IMG/VR virus record: IMGVR_UViG_3300017605_000880
Location: 8,978 to 72,977 of that record
Direction: 5' to 3' (one strand)
Source of the DNA: a virus
Length of the DNA: 64,000 nt
Shown here: piece after piece, positions 36,962 through 44,860 of the stretch
Position numbering within the stretch: position 1 is the first letter of the stretch
Layout: each line of letters opens with the position of its first letter
Made by a program: the position numbers and the translations under genes
Notes under the pieces: generated by a model
Seen by the model: the letters and a program-made list of their open reading frames with translations, nothing else
Told to the model about the DNA's origin: nothing
The model's database searches: none

Positions 36962-37035
36962 GGTTCGTGATGAACCCGGCCCCTGCTCGCGATGAGCGAA
37001 TCCCAGTACACCTCGGATCTCGCTGCGACAGCGGG
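36962..37035 (+). promoter_or_regulatory. triple GYGAY-loop hairpin leader of capsid gene
   Basis: ggttc-GTGAT-gaacc, gctc-GCGAT-gagc, cgct-GCGAC-agcg; TACAAT at 36904. Confidence 0.55.
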
Positions 37036-37048
37036 AAGGAGTCTACAC

Positions 37049-38131
37049 GTGAGCAAGACTGCACTGCCCGAATGGGTCATCGGCCTCGACGAGGGACACG
37101 AAGGCCCCACGTATCGCCCTGGCACCATCGTCGGGTTCCGCAAGGACGGCACCCCGCTGTACATGGTGGCTGGTGGCGCTGCCGCGAATGTCGCCGACTG
37201 GATCCCGATCGAGTACGACTCGGAGGTCATCCAGCGGGTCCTGATGGAGTCCGCGATCGAGCGGTTCGGCAGCCGCGTCCCGATGCGGTCCAAGACCAAG
37301 TCGATCCCCCGCTCCGCAGGGATCACGGTCACCGCCGGGACCACCTACGTCGACGACACCTCGACCAACGACGAGGTCACCATCACCGCCCGCCGGTTCA
37401 TCGCCCGGTTCAAGATCGACGAGGACGACCTCGCCGACGCTTCGACCCGCATGGACGTGATCCGGACCAAGGGCATCGACTGGGCGATCTCCTACGCCGA
37501 CGTGTTCGACAACGCGTGCCTGGCGGTCACCGGCGCCGAGAACGGCACCACCGTCCCGTTCACCTCGGTGTACCGGGCGCTGCGTTCGACCAACTCCGAC
37601 ACCAGCTACACCGCCGACGACAACTACCTGCAGTGGGATGACGACCTGATCAACATCCCGGCAACCCCGCTCGGGACGTCGCTGTACGAGAAGCTGTCGG
37701 CCCTGTTCAAGAAGGTCGAGACCGGCAAGTACTGGTCGCCGGCCGACATGCTCGTCATCGCCCACCCAGGGTGGCGTGACGCACTGCGGCTGTGCCTGGA
37801 CGCGCAGGGCCGGCCGATCTTCCAGCCGGGTGTCGGGTTCGGCCTGCCGGGCAACGGCACCCCGGATGCGCTGTTCAACACCCCGATCGTGTGGACCCGT
37901 GGCGCGAAGACCAGCCCGACCAACACCGGCTCGCCGGGCGGCAACGACGTGCTGTTCTTCGCGAACGCCCGGTTCCTCAAGCGCGGTGACCGTTCTGGCC
38001 CGGAGACGCTGACCGACGACGCGCGGGCGCAGGACGACACCGACGACTACGCGATCAAGTTCCGCACCCGTCGCGGGTTCGTGGTCTCGCACGAGAAGGC
38101 GATGGCGGTTCTGGAGCGCATCACCGACTAA
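37049..38131 (+). CDS. major capsid protein (HK97 fold)
   Basis: GTG after GAAGGAG; WIPIEYDSEVI, LDAQGRPIF, LFNTPI, RTRRGFVVSHEKAMAVL. Confidence 0.9.
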   Translation: MSKTALPEWVIGLDEGHEGPTYRPGTIVGFRKDGTPLYMVAGGAAANVADWIPIEYDSEVIQRVLMESAIERFGSRVPMRSKTKSIPRSAGITVTAGTTYVDDTSTNDEVTITARRFIARFKIDEDDLADASTRMDVIRTKGIDWAISYADVFDNACLAVTGAENGTTVPFTSVYRALRSTNSDTSYTADDNYLQWDDDLINIPATPLGTSLYEKLSALFKKVETGKYWSPADMLVIAHPGWRDALRLCLDAQGRPIFQPGVGFGLPGNGTPDALFNTPIVWTRGAKTSPTNTGSPGGNDVLFFANARFLKRGDRSGPETLTDDARAQDDTDDYAIKFRTRRGFVVSHEKAMAVLERITD

Positions 38132-38252
38132 CGGCACCCCCCGTTCTCGGGGGCCGGTGTTTCGGGGACCCCGACCCCCGAGCCCGGCCCCCGAGCCGTA
38201 CCTGGCTGGTACACTGGTGGCGACGGCGGACAACCAAGTCGGGAGGATCACA

Positions 38253-38705
38253 GTGGGAGTGTACGACGATTGGCGGCAGCCGCAGCTGCAGGCCGAGGCT
38301 GCTAAGCGCGGTCTGTCCGGGGGCGGGTCGAACGACGAGATCAAGGCTCGGCTCGAGCAGGACGACGACGAGCAGCGGATCAAGCAGCTTCTCGGCGACG
38401 GCGACGGCGGCGAGCCCGACGCTCAACCAGCCAGCCCACCCGCCGCAACCTCGGCAGCCCCCCCGGAGCCGGAGGCGACCCAGGCTGAGCCGACGCCGCC
38501 ACCGAAGGAGTACACCGCGAAGTTCGAATGTCGCGGCGAGCTGTCGACCGGGACCCACGAAGACAACCGGTTCCGCGCCTACGACCAGGCCGTCCGCGCT
38601 GGGCACACCCCACGCGGCGGGCTCGCTGCGGCGTACCGGTCCGGGTTCGAGGACGTCAACGGGGTCCGGCACGCCGTATACAAGGTGACTCTCACGAAGC
38701 AGTAG
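38253..38705 (+). CDS. SAP/LEM-like DNA-binding protein
   Basis: YDDWRQPQLQAEAAKRGLSGGGSNDEIKARL. Confidence 0.65.
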   Translation: MGVYDDWRQPQLQAEAAKRGLSGGGSNDEIKARLEQDDDEQRIKQLLGDGDGGEPDAQPASPPAATSAAPPEPEATQAEPTPPPKEYTAKFECRGELSTGTHEDNRFRAYDQAVRAGHTPRGGLAAAYRSGFEDVNGVRHAVYKVTLTKQ

Positions 38706-38715
38706 GAGGCCGCCG

Positions 38716-39162
38716 GTGACCGCACCGCTCGAGGCGTGGGCCGACAGCGACGACGTGGACCTGCTGACCGGTGTCACCGTCGGCGACGATGATGTCCTGC
38801 GCGCCCAGGACATCATCGAGATCTTCGCCGGCACCACCTGGCTGGCCACCGATCAGATCTCCGAACGGAACCTGCGGCTGTTGAACCGGGCTGTGGCGTA
38901 CCAGACCGCGTGGATGGCCAGCCGACCCGACATGTACAGCCATTTCGACGTCGACACTGTCTCGCAGGACGGGGCCAGTTTCACCCCCAGCACAGTGAAC
39001 GCCCAGCTTCTCGCCCCCCTCGCGCAGCGGTGCCTGCGCCGGCTTACCTGGGGGCAGAAACCGCTGCGGGTCCGGCACGGCTACAACCAGCCGGACTACA
39101 ACAACCTGGGGCCGCGTGATTCGGCTGTCGCCGACGACAACCGGCCATGGGTGCCGATGTGA
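38716..39162 (+). CDS. head-tail adaptor
   Basis: Position; LNRAVAYQTAW, LLAPLAQRCL. Confidence 0.7.
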   Translation: MTAPLEAWADSDDVDLLTGVTVGDDDVLRAQDIIEIFAGTTWLATDQISERNLRLLNRAVAYQTAWMASRPDMYSHFDVDTVSQDGASFTPSTVNAQLLAPLAQRCLRRLTWGQKPLRVRHGYNQPDYNNLGPRDSAVADDNRPWVPM

Positions 39163-39494
39163 GAGCGGTCGCCACCACCACCGTGTCGATCCTGCGCGGC
39201 ACCGTCACCGACGGCTACGGCGACGCGGTGGACGACAACACCGGCACACCGGCTGCGACCGGGGTGCCAGCGTCGATCCTGGAGCAGAACCGGCGGGTGT
39301 TCCTGCCAGCCGAGCAGGCTTACCGGATCGTCCGGACCTACGCCGGGCGGGTCGGCCCCGAGGTCGACATCCGCAAAGACGACCGGCTGTTGGACGAGCA
39401 GACCAACATCGTCTACCTGGTGACCGACCTGTCGGACCCGCACGCGTCGGTGATGCACCCCGACTACGTACTCCAGCTGTCCCGCACCACCTGA
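39159..39494 (+). CDS. head-tail stopper/closure protein
   Basis: TDGYGD...DIRKDDRL...YLV; position. Confidence 0.65.
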   Translation: MRAVATTTVSILRGTVTDGYGDAVDDNTGTPAATGVPASILEQNRRVFLPAEQAYRIVRTYAGRVGPEVDIRKDDRLLDEQTNIVYLVTDLSDPHASVMHPDYVLQLSRTT

Positions 39495-39585
39495 TGCTAC
39501 AATCGGGCTAGACAGGGGGATCCTCGGACGGGTCGACCGGCCGCCCCTGCAGGTCAGTCCAGCTTGGTAGACAGGCGGGTGAGCA

Positions 39586-39975
39586 GTGGTTGTTATCTAC
39601 GTTGAGAGCCCACTCGCCCAGGTGCACATCGACGGTATCCGCGACGACCTGCGCGAGTGGCTCGCGAAAGAAATCGCCGCCGACGCCCGCCGGTACGCCC
39701 CCGTCGACACCGGCTACCTGTCGACCCACATCTGGCCCAACCACGACTCGAGCCGGGTTATCGCCTCCGGGGCCGGGATGCCCCCGAACGCCGACGCTCC
39801 AGCCTGCGTCGAATACGGAACCCGGCCGCACGACATCCCCAATGCGTTCGGGTGGGGCTTCACCGCCCACCACCCCGGCACCCAGCCGCAGCCGTACCTG
39901 CGGCCAGCCGCGTACACCCGCAGGGTGATCCCGCCGTCGGCGGTCCATTCGATCTCCAACCGGGCGCCGCGATGA
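39586..39975 (+). CDS. HK97 gp10-like neck protein
   Basis: APVDTGYL, VEYGTRPH, HPGTQPQPYLRPA. Confidence 0.8.
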   Translation: MVVIYVESPLAQVHIDGIRDDLREWLAKEIAADARRYAPVDTGYLSTHIWPNHDSSRVIASGAGMPPNADAPACVEYGTRPHDIPNAFGWGFTAHHPGTQPQPYLRPAAYTRRVIPPSAVHSISNRAPR

Positions 39976-40442
39976 GCACCCCGCTGCTGCCCAACGCCGA
40001 ACTGGTCGCCAAGCAGTGGCTGCTCGCCGCCGTGTCCGGGTTGACCGGGAAGGTCTCCACCACCCTGCCTGACTCGCCGTGGACCGACCATGAGTTCGTC
40101 CAGATCATGGCCGTCGGCGGGAGCCCCGACCCGGATGTGCCGATGTTCCACCCGGTGGTGACCGTCAACGTCTTCGCGGAGAAACCCGGCAGCCGCAAAC
40201 CGCCATGGGGACAGGCGTTCCAGCTGGCAATGCGGATCGTGATGGCGACCTACACCAAACGGTGGGCGCCCGACCCGGCGGTCGAACTGACCGGGCTCCC
40301 GGCCAACTACGGCCGGGCGGTGGTCGGGTCAGTGTACCCGGTCAGCGAGATCCGGAAGCTCCCCTCAGACCCGTCGCAGTACGCGGCGTACACCGTCGAC
40401 CTGCAGTTCAACTGGGTCCCCGCGTCGGTGGTGATCGCATGA
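39972..40442 (+). CDS. tail terminator
   Basis: Position; PNAELVAKQWL, VGGSPD. Confidence 0.65.
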   Translation: MSTPLLPNAELVAKQWLLAAVSGLTGKVSTTLPDSPWTDHEFVQIMAVGGSPDPDVPMFHPVVTVNVFAEKPGSRKPPWGQAFQLAMRIVMATYTKRWAPDPAVELTGLPANYGRAVVGSVYPVSEIRKLPSDPSQYAAYTVDLQFNWVPASVVIA

Positions 40443-40684
40443 GCCGCACCATGCCGGACCGGTACGGGCTGGTCGGCGCCTCGTCGGGGCAGCTGCTGAC
40501 CTACCAGGGCCAGGCGATCCTGCACGACAACCGGCGGGAGATGGAGTTCCTGTTCCCGAACACCCGGGTTGTCCGGGTCACCCGGGGCGAGTTGGGCCAG
40601 CCGTGGATGTGGCTTAAACACCACCCGGCGATGGAGCGTACCTCGTTCCCGCTCCAACGGGAGGAGTTCGTCGATGCCCGGTAG
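40439..40684 (+). CDS. hypothetical protein
   Basis: ATGA coupling. Confidence 0.55.
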   Translation: MSRTMPDRYGLVGASSGQLLTYQGQAILHDNRREMEFLFPNTRVVRVTRGELGQPWMWLKHHPAMERTSFPLQREEFVDAR

Positions 40685-40886
40685 ACGTGGGCACCACCGG
40701 GGCAGTCACACCTATCCGGGGTTCCGCAGCAAGAAGCAATGGCGGTGGGCGTTCGCCACCCACCAGAAGTTCGCCCACAAATGGGCCCACGAGACACCCG
40801 GCGGCAAGAAAGTCAGGTACCGGCGGCTGCCAACCCGGGTCGGCCGTCCGACAGCACGAACGCTACGCAGCAAGAAAGGAAGATGA
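40674..40886 (+). CDS. small basic protein
   Basis: GFRSKKQWRWAFA...KWAHETP...LP. Confidence 0.6.
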   Translation: MPGRRGHHRGSHTYPGFRSKKQWRWAFATHQKFAHKWAHETPGGKKVRYRRLPTRVGRPTARTLRSKKGR

Positions 40887-40889
40887 GCA

Positions 40890-41474
40890 ATGGCCGTAAC
40901 CGTGCTGAACCTGATCCAGGGACCCGGCACTCTCTACAAGGGCACGCAGTATTCGAACACGACTGCGTACACCACCACCGCAGAGCCGCTGGACGCGGCA
41001 GTCAACACCACCCCCCAGTCCTCGTCGTGGACCGACGTCGGCGGGACCCGGGACGGTGTGACGATCGAGATCGGTCGGGAGTACTCCGAGCTGGAAGTCG
41101 ACCAGCTGGTCGACACCCCGGACCGGCGGATGACCAAGCGGGAGATGAACATCGCCACCAACCTGGCGGAGGCGACGCTGGAGAACTACGCTCTGGCGAA
41201 CAACGAATCCCCCCCGACCACCGCGTCCGGCTACAAGGTGACCGAGCCGGTGACGACTACGGCGGCGACCCAGCCGACGTTCGTCCCGTTGATCTTCGAC
41301 GGGTTCGCGCCGACAGCGTTCCGACGGCGGTTTATCGGCCGCAGGATGTTGTCGACCGAGCCGGTGCAGGTCGCGTACAAGAAGGACGGGCAGACGGTCT
41401 ACGCGGTCAAGTGGGCGTCGCATTACGTCTCGTCCAGCATCGCACCGTACAAGCTGGTCGATCAGACCTCGTAA
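40890..41474 (+). CDS. major tail protein
   Basis: NLIQGPGTLY, WTDVGGTRDGV, VDQ, TNLAEATLEN. Confidence 0.85.
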   Translation: MAVTVLNLIQGPGTLYKGTQYSNTTAYTTTAEPLDAAVNTTPQSSSWTDVGGTRDGVTIEIGREYSELEVDQLVDTPDRRMTKREMNIATNLAEATLENYALANNESPPTTASGYKVTEPVTTTAATQPTFVPLIFDGFAPTAFRRRFIGRRMLSTEPVQVAYKKDGQTVYAVKWASHYVSSSIAPYKLVDQTS

Positions 41475-41490
41475 CCCAGGAGAGCAGGCA

Positions 41491-41892
41491 ATGACTATGG
41501 TCGGGGAGTCGGCAGGCGGCAGCGGCGGCGGGTTCTCGGTGAACCCGTCGCTGTTGGCCGACGATGAGGAGACAGCAGACGGCGGGCTGCCGGACGGGGT
41601 GTACCTGGAAGGCACCATGGTCCCGCCGGATCGGGAGGAGCTTTTCCGGGTCGAGGGGAAGATCTACACGGTCCCGAAGAAGATCGACCCGGGGATCGCG
41701 TTCCGGTACATGAAGAGCGTGCGCAAGGGCAGGGGCGACCAGGCCGCCGCCGACATGTTGTACGACGTGCTCGGCGAGGCTGTGATCGACGTCCTGGCTG
41801 CGGACAAGCTGGACCAGGACCAGGTGGCGGCGGTGATGAAGGCGACGGAGAAGTACGCCATGTCGGCGATCCGCAAGACCTTGGGAAACTGA
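41491..41892 (+). CDS. tail assembly chaperone (G)
   Basis: Between major tail and tape measure; ends at slippery GGGAAAC. Confidence 0.8.
   Translation: MTMVGESAGGSGGGFSVNPSLLADDEETADGGLPDGVYLEGTMVPPDREELFRVEGKIYTVPKKIDPGIAFRYMKSVRKGRGDQAAADMLYDVLGEAVIDVLAADKLDQDQVAAVMKATEKYAMSAIRKTLGN
41883..41889 (+). other. -1 programmed frameshift site GGGAAAC
   Basis: -1 frame is open into ORF 41910-42215. Confidence 0.8.
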
Positions 41893-42215
41893 TCCAGCGC
41901 GCCGCCGAGATGTCCTGGATGCTGGACCTGGATTACGACATCGAATCCGACCTGCACCGGTTCCACGGGTTGGAGGTCGACCTCGACGAGGACCAGTACG
42001 CCGGGCTACCGGCGGAGCGGCTGTTCAGCCTGATCGAACGGCTCGGCGCCTACGACGGCGCGCTGGCAAGTAGGATCCACCAGCTGGTGGAAGAGCAACG
42101 GACGCAACACCCCAGCGCCCAGGCCCTACAGAAGCCCGGGGCAACCCAGATCGACGCGACCACGGCAGACGTCGCCGAACAGCTGGGTGACTGGGTGGAG
42201 ATCTCGAAGGTGTAG
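41890..42215 (+). CDS. tail assembly chaperone frameshift extension (GT)
   Basis: IESDLHRFHG...RLGAYDGAL. Confidence 0.75.
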
Positions 42216-42229
42216 GCAGGAGGCGGAGG

Positions 42230-44860
42230 GTGGCAGCCGGGTTCAAGGTCGCCGACGCCTACATCGAGGTCCATGTCGACGACGACACCAAAAAGGGCCG
42301 GCGTGACATCGACCGCGACACCCGCCGGTGGGCTGACAACCTCGGTAAAGGGATCGGCACCAGTCTGCTGTCCGGGTTGACCAGCGGGCTGCGCGGGCTG
42401 TTCACAGTGCTCAAAGGCTCGATCATGCTGATCGCCTTCACTGCCCGGATGGCGCTGCTCGGGTTGGTTATCGGCAGCGTCATCTCCGCCGTCGCCGGGC
42501 TGCTCGGCGCCCTGGTCAACCTCATCCCGGTCCTGCACGAATTGGTCGCGGTGATGATACAAGCCGCCGGGGTGTTACTGCTGTACCCAGCGGCGATCGC
42601 GTCGGCGTTGATCGCGTTCGGCACGTTGAAGCTCGGATTCCAGGGGATATCGGCTGCGTTGAAAGCCGGCCTGTCCGGCGACCTGGAGGCGTTGAACAAA
42701 GCACTGGAGAAGCTCGCCCCCAACGCGGCGGCGTTCGTCAGCGAGATCATCAAAGCCAAACCGGCGTTCGACCGGATGCGGCTGCAGATCCAGAACAGCC
42801 TGTTCGAGGACCTGGCCGAGCTGCTCCGGAAGATGTCCATGGTGTACCTGCCGATCCTGACCCACGGGTTGGACACCATGGCGATCGCGTTGAACCAGGT
42901 GTTCAAGAACATCGGGCAGTTCCTGTTGGGCGCCCAGACCCAGAACGACATCGGCACCATCATGCAGAACGCCGCCCGCGCCGCGACCGAACTCGGCGGG
43001 GTGCTCACCCCTGCGTTGGCGATCCTGCGCGACGTGCTGGTTGTGTCGACAAAAGTCCTGGCCGATCTGACCGCCAAACTGGTCCCGGTCTTCCAGGTGT
43101 GGGCCGACTCGATCGAGCGGATGCGCGCCGACGGCTCGCTTGAGAAGCTGATCCTGGACGGTGTTGAGGCGTTGAAGCTGTTCGCCGGTTTGGCCGGCGA
43201 CCTGATCGGGATCCTGGGCGGGCTGTCGCGGGCAGCCGGCGAAGGCGGCGGGCTGTTCAGCTTCTTCGACCGGCTGAACAAGCTGGTCAACTCCGTATCC
43301 GGGCAGAACACCCTGACCCAGCTGTTCACCGCACTCGGCGACGCGGCGGTCGCACTCACACCGGTGCTGCTGGTCCTGCTGCAGGCGTTGGTGCCGATCC
43401 TGCAGGGGATCTCGCAGATCGCGGTCGCGTTCGCCCCCGGGCTGACCGTCGTGGTGACCGCGCTCGGGCAGGCGTTGGCCGCGTTGGTCCCGGCGTTTAT
43501 CGCGTTGGCGCCGCTGCTGGACGTGGTCGCCGAGGGGTTGATGCCGATCGCGAACATCCTGGTCGACCTGGTGGTCAGCGCAGCCCCATACCTGGCCGAG
43601 TTCTTCCGGCTGCTCGCCGACGCCCTGAAACAGCTGGAGCCGGTCGCCGCGCCGCTCGGGAAAGCACTCGGGCTGCTGGTCCTGGTCCTGTCCGACGCGC
43701 TGGCTGGGATCCTGCCAGGGGTGATCGACCTGCTCGGGTTCCTGGCCGACGTGCTGGTCGTGATCTTGACCCCGCTCGAGCCGTTGATCCGGCAAGCAAT
43801 CCCGCTGTTGACGGTGCTGTTCCACCAGCTGTTCGACTCGCTGCAGCCGCTGCTGCCGGCGCTGTTCACGTTCGTGATGGTGTTCGTCACCGAACTGCTG
43901 GCGCACAAAGACGAGCTGATCGTGATGTTCTTCCAGTGGGTGCAGCTGCTGACCACCCTGGCTGAGAAGATGACCGGCGAGTTCATCCAAGCGCTGGCCG
44001 ACATCATCCCGCTGCTGCCGCAGCTGATTGAGAACGGGTTGGCGTTCGCGCAGGTGCTGCTCGAACTGACCCAAACCTTGATGCCGTTGATCCTGCTGTT
44101 CTTCGACGCCACCAACAACAGCGGGCTGTGGGTGGTGGTTATCCTCACGTTGACCGGCTGGTTGAAGATCCTGCAGGTCGAGTTGGAGGGCGCGAAGATC
44201 TGGGTGAACTACCTGATCGCCGAGTTCAAGATCATCATGCAGGTCATCGGGTGGGTGATCGACCAGGTGTCGCGGCTGGTCGGCTGGATCGTGTCCGGGT
44301 TCAGCCAGATCAGCAGCGCAATCGGTGGGGCGTTGCACAGCGCCTACCAGGCGATCCTGAACTTCGGGGTCAGCATGTACAACGCCGGGGCCAACCTGAT
44401 CTCCCAACTGATCGGCGGGATCAAATCGATGCTCGGTCCGGTCGGTAACGCGGTCGGCGCCGTGGTGCAGCGGGTCAAGGACTTCTTCAACTGGAGCCCC
44501 GCGAAACGCGGCCCGCTATCCGGACGCGGCGACATGCGCTACGCCGGGCAGAACCTGGTCGGACGGCTGGTCGAGGGCGTCCAGCAGGGGATGACCGAGG
44601 CGGAGCAGGCCGCCGCGACTCTCGCCGGGCTGTTCGGGGTGGGCGGGGCTGGGCGGTTCGCGTTTGCCGGAGTCGGCGGCGGTGCAGCCGGTGGGCAGCC
44701 TCCGCAGATCTACGCGTTGGTCCAGATCGGCGAACGGCCGGTCAGGGAGATGGTGCAGGCCACGCTCGTGGACAACCCGGAGATGGTCGCGAAGGCAACC
44801 AACGAAGGCAACCGGCAGGACGCGGCTATCACTGGGCGGAAACGGATCGGTGACACGTGA
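42230..44860 (+). CDS. tape measure protein
   Basis: 876 aa amphipathic helical repeats; SPAKRGPLSG C-terminal motif. Confidence 0.9.
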   Translation: MAAGFKVADAYIEVHVDDDTKKGRRDIDRDTRRWADNLGKGIGTSLLSGLTSGLRGLFTVLKGSIMLIAFTARMALLGLVIGSVISAVAGLLGALVNLIPVLHELVAVMIQAAGVLLLYPAAIASALIAFGTLKLGFQGISAALKAGLSGDLEALNKALEKLAPNAAAFVSEIIKAKPAFDRMRLQIQNSLFEDLAELLRKMSMVYLPILTHGLDTMAIALNQVFKNIGQFLLGAQTQNDIGTIMQNAARAATELGGVLTPALAILRDVLVVSTKVLADLTAKLVPVFQVWADSIERMRADGSLEKLILDGVEALKLFAGLAGDLIGILGGLSRAAGEGGGLFSFFDRLNKLVNSVSGQNTLTQLFTALGDAAVALTPVLLVLLQALVPILQGISQIAVAFAPGLTVVVTALGQALAALVPAFIALAPLLDVVAEGLMPIANILVDLVVSAAPYLAEFFRLLADALKQLEPVAAPLGKALGLLVLVLSDALAGILPGVIDLLGFLADVLVVILTPLEPLIRQAIPLLTVLFHQLFDSLQPLLPALFTFVMVFVTELLAHKDELIVMFFQWVQLLTTLAEKMTGEFIQALADIIPLLPQLIENGLAFAQVLLELTQTLMPLILLFFDATNNSGLWVVVILTLTGWLKILQVELEGAKIWVNYLIAEFKIIMQVIGWVIDQVSRLVGWIVSGFSQISSAIGGALHSAYQAILNFGVSMYNAGANLISQLIGGIKSMLGPVGNAVGAVVQRVKDFFNWSPAKRGPLSGRGDMRYAGQNLVGRLVEGVQQGMTEAEQAAATLAGLFGVGGAGRFAFAGVGGGAAGGQPPQIYALVQIGERPVREMVQATLVDNPEMVAKATNEGNRQDAAITGRKRIGDT

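Noticed and set aside
41883-41889. Frameshift as a novel feature
   Set aside because: Standard tail-chaperone -1 frameshift; listed as a feature only
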